Below the pieces are notes generated by a model. The model saw only the letters and a program-made list of their open reading frames with translations. It was not told the DNA's origin and searched no databases. Made by a program: the position numbers and the translations under genes. Shown one piece after another: positions 58,595 to 64,000 of a stretch of 64,000 nt of DNA. This stretch comes from Methylococcaceae bacterium (GTDB lineage: Bacteria > Pseudomonadota > Gammaproteobacteria > Methylococcales > Methylomonadaceae). Numbering within the stretch: the first letter of the stretch is position 1; the number at the start of each line of letters is the position of its first letter. The stretch lies in assembly GCA_013140705.1 (NCBI GenBank), contig JABFSH010000067.1:8942-72941 (forward strand), written 5' to 3'.

Positions 58595-59802
58595 CCAAAC
58601 CATGTTCAAGCCTGGCGTTATTCAGCTTCCTTGGTTATTCTCACCCATTTTTTGCCCAAATCAGGGATTTTGAACAACGCATCCGTCAGTCGAATGCGTA
58701 TGCGATAATGAAGTCACTGCAAGCACAAGGTTTAACGACTAGCGTCCATGCAGAAATTAAATCTGTACTTTATGAGAATCGCAGACTATTAGACCGATTT
58801 TATTACTCGATTCAATTTCCAAATCCGGAATTGCCCGGAGGCTGGTACGGCTGGAGCCTGCATTATACCCGACAGGATGGCGTCCCGAAAGAGTATGAAT
58901 TTCCGCATGATCCAAAATTGGCTCATTTAGCCCGCTTTATTGATGCTCCGGAAAACAGAGAGATTAAGGTTCTTCGTTATGTTCCCTTGCGTAGAGTCAC
59001 CTTTATCAGACCAGGCCGCAATCTCTCGCCAGATCTTATCGGAAAGCTGAAGAAACCCAACAGAGCTCAGGAGGGTTATCGAAGATTAACTGATATTTCA
59101 GCTATTTGTTCAGGCTCCGACGTTACTGTCCCAAGTCCAGTAAGCTTGGACAGCGATCAAGCGATTTTTTACCAAACTCTAGTACCAGGAGAAGAAGTTA
59201 CTCATTTGTTAAACGACGAAAATTACCGGAAACTTATGGCAGATATTGGTAACTTGCATGGTGAGTTAGGAAAATGGCCCATTCCAGGGGACAAACGCTG
59301 GGATCGGGGTGGCATAAAAAAAAATCTCTCGATGGACTTAGACGAAATTGTATTTTACTTGCCGGAAAACACCGATTTTATAAATAAAATCGGACAATGG
59401 ATTAAGGAACGTCAAAACAAAGTCGTCACAGTTGCTGAAACATTTTGCCATGGGGATTTTGCCTGCTCTCAAATTTTACGTCATGACAGCGGCTGGTCGG
59501 TGGTCGACTTTGACCTCGCCGGCATGGGTGATCCTTACCAGGACATGGCAATGTTTATTACCTCACTAAGCCACGACGTCCCGTTATTTCAAGACCGTCC
59601 AGAACTACTAGCGACAGCAACGCAAGACTATTTAAAGTGCTATCAACAATCGACTGAAAAATTGATCGATACGGACTCGTTTATTTGGTATCGGGTTTGT
59701 GCAGAAATTTATTATCTAGCACTCATCTTGAAAAAGGACCGTTTTACTCCCCTAGCTTATCAACAAGCACATGATCGCATGTGCAAATTAACCCAAATTT
59801 GA
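58582..59802 (+). CDS. APH/eukaryotic-like-kinase-fold phosphotransferase (K1)
   Basis: Catalytic loop FCHGDFACSQIL and metal-binding VVDFDLAGMGDP. An FPHDPKL motif lies upstream. It overlaps the upstream gene by 13 nt. Confidence 0.75.
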   Translation: MDTVTKPCSSLALFSFLGYSHPFFAQIRDFEQRIRQSNAYAIMKSLQAQGLTTSVHAEIKSVLYENRRLLDRFYYSIQFPNPELPGGWYGWSLHYTRQDGVPKEYEFPHDPKLAHLARFIDAPENREIKVLRYVPLRRVTFIRPGRNLSPDLIGKLKKPNRAQEGYRRLTDISAICSGSDVTVPSPVSLDSDQAIFYQTLVPGEEVTHLLNDENYRKLMADIGNLHGELGKWPIPGDKRWDRGGIKKNLSMDLDEIVFYLPENTDFINKIGQWIKERQNKVVTVAETFCHGDFACSQILRHDSGWSVVDFDLAGMGDPYQDMAMFITSLSHDVPLFQDRPELLATATQDYLKCYQQSTEKLIDTDSFIWYRVCAEIYYLALILKKDRFTPLAYQQAHDRMCKLTQI

Positions 59803-59807
59803 ATGAT

Positions 59808-60869
59808 ATGACTGATAAACCGAAACGCTTTCTATTTAATGCCCACAACCGAAGGGGGCTGGGTCATTTGATGCGCGGCCTAAACATCGCTCGGGAAATA
59901 CGTAACATCTCAAATGATGCCGACATCCTGTTTTATACCCGGAGCGAGTCAGCGACCGAACTTTGTGGAGATCAGTTCGACTATTTTATTGAAGAAGACC
60001 TCGAGCATAACCAGCATTGGGCGAGTGTCATCGACCATTTCCAACCCGATGTCGTCATTTACGATACCTTGTTGCCCAAAGAGGCTGTTGACACCCCGCC
60101 ATGTCCGGGTCGAACCGCCTATATCATGAGAAAATGCAAACCGGATCGTCAGCAAGAAATATTTAATCATCCCTTCTTAGCATCGATTGATCTCATTCTT
60201 ATTCCTCATGAGCCGGTTGAATTCGGCTATAGCCTGCCAGACGCCCATATTACAAAAGCAACTTTTGTCGGCCCTATTATCCGTCATGCCGAAACTCAGC
60301 CTCAACAAATGTTGCGTGACAAATACAAGCTTCAGCCTGGAGAGTTTTTACTGACCTCGACTGTCGGCGGTGGTGGGTTTGAAGATAAAGCGCTAGCTTT
60401 CTTTGCAACAATTTTCGAGATTCATCAACAAATTCATACAAAAATTCCAAAACTAAGGCATTTAGTTATCAAAGGCCCCAACTTTACAAATTCTCTACCG
60501 CAATTGGAAGGTATTGAAATTATTGATAGTGAAACTGAAATGGTCAATTTACTGGCCATTTCAAACCTGGTCATTGCCGAAGGTGGATATAACACCGTTA
60601 ACGAAATTCGTTTAGCGAAAACTCCGGCAATCTTCCTGCCAAGTGAGCGCAACTATGATGACCAGCGTGAACGGGTATTAGAACTCAAGGACAAAGGGTT
60701 AGCCTTCGTTTACACTCAGAATGATGGCAATTTGATTGCCGAACAGATAGTCAAACTGTTTTCTGATAAAACCCTACTAACTAATTTGCGGCATCGTTAC
60801 GCGAACGATTCTATCCTGACAGGTAACAGAGCTGCCGCACAGAAACTTGTTGCATTGGCCTCAATATGA
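59808..60869 (+). CDS. GT-B glycosyltransferase, GT28/MurG-like C-terminal domain (COG4671-like)
   Basis: The N-terminus reads FLFNAHNRRGLGHLMRGLNIAREI and the C-terminal region reads AEGGYNTVNEIRLAKTPAIFLP. ATG 59808 is preferred to the alternative start at 59781. Confidence 0.7.
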   Translation: MTDKPKRFLFNAHNRRGLGHLMRGLNIAREIRNISNDADILFYTRSESATELCGDQFDYFIEEDLEHNQHWASVIDHFQPDVVIYDTLLPKEAVDTPPCPGRTAYIMRKCKPDRQQEIFNHPFLASIDLILIPHEPVEFGYSLPDAHITKATFVGPIIRHAETQPQQMLRDKYKLQPGEFLLTSTVGGGGFEDKALAFFATIFEIHQQIHTKIPKLRHLVIKGPNFTNSLPQLEGIEIIDSETEMVNLLAISNLVIAEGGYNTVNEIRLAKTPAIFLPSERNYDDQRERVLELKDKGLAFVYTQNDGNLIAEQIVKLFSDKTLLTNLRHRYANDSILTGNRAAAQKLVALASI

Positions 60870-61807
60870 TTGCCAGCATTGAAGCAGGTGCCGAATCCTT
60901 GTTCCAACACATGGCTTCAAGTCCTGATTGGCAGTGGGAATCTAAAATACTCAGTGAAACGCCTGGCCATCGACTGGTTACGCATTACCTTATTAGAACC
61001 ACCAATGAAAAACACCGTTCGAATATCATTGAGACGGTGGGAAAGTTTTACGAAGATGATGCTATGGGAGTACATTGCTATAATACCATGTGTGCGATAC
61101 ACGGGTTGTTAGCAACTAGGGTGAATCCCCCACTGGCCATACCTGAACCGATTTTTTATTCCCCTGATAATAAATTGCTAACACTGAAATGGGTTGACCA
61201 TCGACCTTATTCTGAATTAATTAATAGCCGATATTACAAACACTACCTTCGTTTGGTCGGTAAAGCACTCGCGTATTTTCATCATCTTCCAATGGAATAC
61301 GGGCAATTCAAAAACATTGATGATCATCTGCGTGAATTGATCATGCCGCATCCCCTAGCCCTAGCTGAATTACTTCCAAGGCAAGCAATAAGGATACAAA
61401 GGATTGTTCATAGACTTTGCGAAATAGAACAACGACTTGTGCAACATACTATTTCAGTACCGATTCATAGAGATTTCCATCTAAGACAGTTGTTTTGCGA
61501 TGGCCGAAAAGTCTGGTTAATTGATTGGGATATGTATGGCTTGGGTGATCCCGCATTGGATGTCGGAAATTTTCTGGTTTATTTGGCTACGCGGATACCG
61601 GCTAAATCAAAATCTGCTGGAGCAGCATTTTTAGAAGGTTATCAGTCACTAATGCCGAATGTTAGTGAAGCCAATATTAGACTTTATGAAGCTTTAACCT
61701 ATCTTAGGTTGGCTTGCAAAGCGTATCGGCTTCAACTTCAAGATTGGGAGATACGTGCCGAAGAATACTTAACTCAATCAGAAAACAAATTGCTAATGGA
61801 GAATTAG
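60866..61807 (+). CDS. APH-fold phosphotransferase (K2)
   Basis: Catalytic loop IHRDFHLRQLF and metal-binding LIDWDMYGLGDPALD. ATGA overlap with the upstream gene. Confidence 0.75.
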   Translation: MIASIEAGAESLFQHMASSPDWQWESKILSETPGHRLVTHYLIRTTNEKHRSNIIETVGKFYEDDAMGVHCYNTMCAIHGLLATRVNPPLAIPEPIFYSPDNKLLTLKWVDHRPYSELINSRYYKHYLRLVGKALAYFHHLPMEYGQFKNIDDHLRELIMPHPLALAELLPRQAIRIQRIVHRLCEIEQRLVQHTISVPIHRDFHLRQLFCDGRKVWLIDWDMYGLGDPALDVGNFLVYLATRIPAKSKSAGAAFLEGYQSLMPNVSEANIRLYEALTYLRLACKAYRLQLQDWEIRAEEYLTQSENKLLMEN

Positions 61808-61812
61808 GAGCG

Positions 61813-62979
61813 ATGAAACCGAGAATCGCCCATGTGATTAATAGCTTTGGCTTGGGCGGAGTGCCTCAGGTTGCTTATCAGATGATGAGATCTTTGCCCA
61901 ATGATACCTACGAATTATATCTATATGTGTTGAAAAGTTACCCTGACAATGGAGCAGTTAGGCAACAATTGAGCGACTACTTCCGGAATATGGGTGTAAT
62001 CGTTCGGTGCCCAGACCGCGACGAAAAGAAATTTTATGTTGTCAGTCAACTTTGTCACTGGATTAAGGATGATTGCATAAACATAGTCCATACGCATTCA
62101 TATAAGCCAAATATTTATGGACGTCTGGCTGCGACAATGTGTCGATTTCAAGGGCTTAAAACCGTGGCGCATTATCACAATTTTTACGAAAATAAATGGA
62201 TCGAGGACGATAGCATAGTTTATGAGCAGTTTCTTGCCAGGACAACGGATTGCTTTCTTGCCTGCTCAGGTTCCGTGGCAAAGCATGCAGCGGAAAAAAT
62301 TGGCTTATCTACGGATTCATTCGAAGTTATCTTGAATGGAATTGATCTTGACCGGTTCAAAATCAGAACTGACCGGGCTGCAATCAAATCATCGCTGTGC
62401 ATACCTGAAGATTTCAATGTTGTGGGTATTGTCGGCCGAATTTCCCAACAAAAAGCACAGGATATCTTTCTTGAAGCTGCGGCAAAAATACACCAAAGAT
62501 CACCTCAAACCTTATTCCTCATAGTGGGTGCCGCTGACGAACCAGCGATATTAGACAAGATGATGGCCTTAATGGTGTCTTTGGGGCTTCAAGAGAAAGT
62601 CAGGTTTCTTGGTTACAGAGATGATATACCCAGCATTTACAGCATCATCGATATTTTGGTCATGCCTTCACGCTGGGAAGGTTTTGGTCTTGCTCTGGTA
62701 GAAGCGATGGCCATGGGACTGCCAATTGTTTGTAGCGAAGTGGGTGGTATACCTGAAGTCGTCATTCCGAATGAAACGGCGCTTTTTGTTGAGACTGAAA
62801 GCCCTGGGCAGGTCGCCGATGCTCTAACAAGATTGCTTGAAGATCAATCATTACGCTTTAAAATGGGGCAGGCCGGCAAAAAGCGCGCCGAGCAATTTTC
62901 ATATCAGCGTATCGGCCTGCAAGTCCACCAAAAATATCAACAACTTCTGTACGGTCATAAAGAGGAAAAGCGGATATGA
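61813..62979 (+). CDS. GT4-family glycosyltransferase
   Basis: It begins MKPRIAHVINSFGLGGVPQ after AGGAG and carries the GT4 motif EGFGLALVEAMAMGLPIVCSEVGGIPEVV. The track start at 61714 would overlap K2 by 94 nt. Confidence 0.88.
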   Translation: MKPRIAHVINSFGLGGVPQVAYQMMRSLPNDTYELYLYVLKSYPDNGAVRQQLSDYFRNMGVIVRCPDRDEKKFYVVSQLCHWIKDDCINIVHTHSYKPNIYGRLAATMCRFQGLKTVAHYHNFYENKWIEDDSIVYEQFLARTTDCFLACSGSVAKHAAEKIGLSTDSFEVILNGIDLDRFKIRTDRAAIKSSLCIPEDFNVVGIVGRISQQKAQDIFLEAAAKIHQRSPQTLFLIVGAADEPAILDKMMALMVSLGLQEKVRFLGYRDDIPSIYSIIDILVMPSRWEGFGLALVEAMAMGLPIVCSEVGGIPEVVIPNETALFVETESPGQVADALTRLLEDQSLRFKMGQAGKKRAEQFSYQRIGLQVHQKYQQLLYGHKEEKRI

Positions 62980-63605
62980 CGATAGGCCGTATTTATCTTA
63001 TTCGTCACGGGCAGACTTCGGGCAATGGCAACCAGTACGTCGGCTGGGATGACTTGCCATTGAATGAGACGGGAATACAGCAAGCCCATCAAATCGCCGC
63101 ACTGCTTGAAACCTTCCCAATTTCAGAAATTTACAGTAGCCCGTTGATGCGTGCAATCGAAACAGCGCGACCACTTTGCGAGTCAAAAGGGTTGAAAATA
63201 ATGCACCACGATGAGCTTAAGGAAATCAACTATGGAGAATTTCAAGGCCGATTAAAGTCCGAACTGAACCTCAAATTAAGGAAACAAAATCGCTACGAAC
63301 CACTGCCCGATGGTGAAAGTTTGAATGATGTATATCAGCGGGTTAGGCGATTTAAGGACAGTATAGCTAGTTCACTTATAGGATATAAGCCTATCGCAAT
63401 TATTGCCCATTTCTGGAGTATCCGATTGTTCTTAGGGGTTCTACAAGAACTGGACTTTGAATCAATTTTTGTCTCTGGTGGCTATAAGCCAGGAAATGGC
63501 ACAATTTATGAAATTACTTACCAATATGACCAGTGGGGTAATTTTGATTTTATATCGAAGGGTTATCTTAATTGCACAACATTAAATTCAGAGACAGTCT
63601 TATGA
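62976..63605 (+). CDS. Histidine phosphatase superfamily (phosphoglycerate-mutase-like) protein
   Basis: RHG motif (IYLIRHGQTSGN) and a second His region (IIAHFWSIR); 209 aa. ATGA overlap with the upstream GT4. Confidence 0.85.
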   Translation: MTIGRIYLIRHGQTSGNGNQYVGWDDLPLNETGIQQAHQIAALLETFPISEIYSSPLMRAIETARPLCESKGLKIMHHDELKEINYGEFQGRLKSELNLKLRKQNRYEPLPDGESLNDVYQRVRRFKDSIASSLIGYKPIAIIAHFWSIRLFLGVLQELDFESIFVSGGYKPGNGTIYEITYQYDQWGNFDFISKGYLNCTTLNSETVL

Positions 63606-64000
63606 ACCTCGCTTGGCATAGAAATCAACCAGAACCACACAATAAAACCAGCAATATTGTAAAATCAACCTCTCCAATACCCGCTCATTGGGCACAAACT
63701 GTTCTGGAACGTTTCAGCCAACCGGATGAGTTAGCGAAAGAAATCAGGTTGGCATTTCATGACAAGTTGTTAGCCGAGCAATTTGAGATATTCGATATCC
63801 AACATGTTCCAGGGCGCCTACTTAAAGTTTTGGGGCGCTTTTTATCGAATGCTGATAAACACGCATTCACTATCGTTCAAGTAAATTTCTATTCAGAAAC
63901 CGACATAACACCGGCATTCACCAAAGCCATGGATGAGGCAATCGATAGTAGCCGTATCGCACGAATTGAATCTTGGAATGCCATTGTCCGCATTTTTCCG
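63602..64000 (+). CDS. Partial ORF (133 codons, open to the window end), probably a third APH-fold kinase paralog (K3)
   Basis: Own translation gives MNLAWHRNQPEPHNK...VQVNFYSETDITPAF...ESWNAIVRIFP with no stop. It has an ATGA overlap with the phosphatase gene. Its end, RIFP, resembles the FPHDP motif of K1. Only the pre-catalytic region is visible. Confidence 0.5.
   Translation, partial: MNLAWHRNQPEPHNKTSNIVKSTSPIPAHWAQTVLERFSQPDELAKEIRLAFHDKLLAEQFEIFDIQHVPGRLLKVLGRFLSNADKHAFTIVQVNFYSETDITPAFTKAMDEAIDSSRIARIESWNAIVRIFP

Noticed and set aside
61714-61812. A 33-codon upstream extension of the second GT4 gene overlapping kinase K2
   Set aside because: An ATG at 61813, preceded by AGGAG, starts the conserved GT4 N-terminus (MKPRIAHVINSFG). 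The extension would overlap K2 by 94 nt.
1-64000. I looked for CRISPR arrays, tRNA/rRNA/tmRNA genes, prophage or defence-system gene sets, and toxin-antitoxin pairs
   Set aside because: I saw no regularly spaced direct repeats, no tRNA-like T-arm/acceptor patterns in the intergenic regions and no characteristic gene pairs. The PLD and EEP genes sit in a glycogen operon context rather than a defence-island context.

Overview
The window reads as a chromosomal segment of a flagellated gammaproteobacterium. Gene content (orphan MoxJ-like binding protein, GH57-containing glycogen locus, glcDEF) is compatible with a Methylococcales-type methanotroph, but that assignment is tentative. I saw no rRNA, tRNA or CRISPR array.

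Layout, left to right:
- carB (runs off the left edge) and carA.
- A sensor diguanylate cyclase.
- A Pseudomonas/Vibrio-style flagellar block on the minus strand, fleQ-fleS-fleR-fliEFGHIJ-fliK, with three GG-N10-GC sigma-54 promoter candidates.
- A CNNM/CorC transporter, a single-domain PilZ protein and motAB.
- A metallophosphoesterase and an orphan MoxJ-like periplasmic binding protein.
- A divergent glycogen locus: glgC-GH57-malQ on one strand, glgB-glgA on the other.
- Three unusual genes after glgA: a tandem-CBM21/EEP phosphoesterase fusion, a dual-HKD PLD-family protein and a 265-aa secretin-like protein.
- glcDEF, then the conserved glnD-map / rpsB-tsf-pyrH-frr-uppS-cdsA-dxr-rseP block.

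The conserved order stops right after rseP. What follows is 513 bp of non-coding DNA holding a degenerate dispersed repeat, then dsbC, then a 1490-bp IS50-like IS4-family element. The IS has perfect 16-bp inverted repeats and a perfect 9-bp target duplication, and it sits in the apex of the dsbC terminator hairpin.

After the IS comes a tightly coupled cluster that runs off the right edge: GT4, heparinase II/III-like protein, APH-fold kinase, GT28-like transferase, APH-fold kinase, GT4, histidine phosphatase, and a third kinase-like ORF.

The best candidates for undescribed biology are this kinase/transferase/phosphatase cluster and the glycogen-linked CBM21-EEP / PLD / mini-secretin trio. All functional calls rest on motif recognition by eye; no database search was possible.
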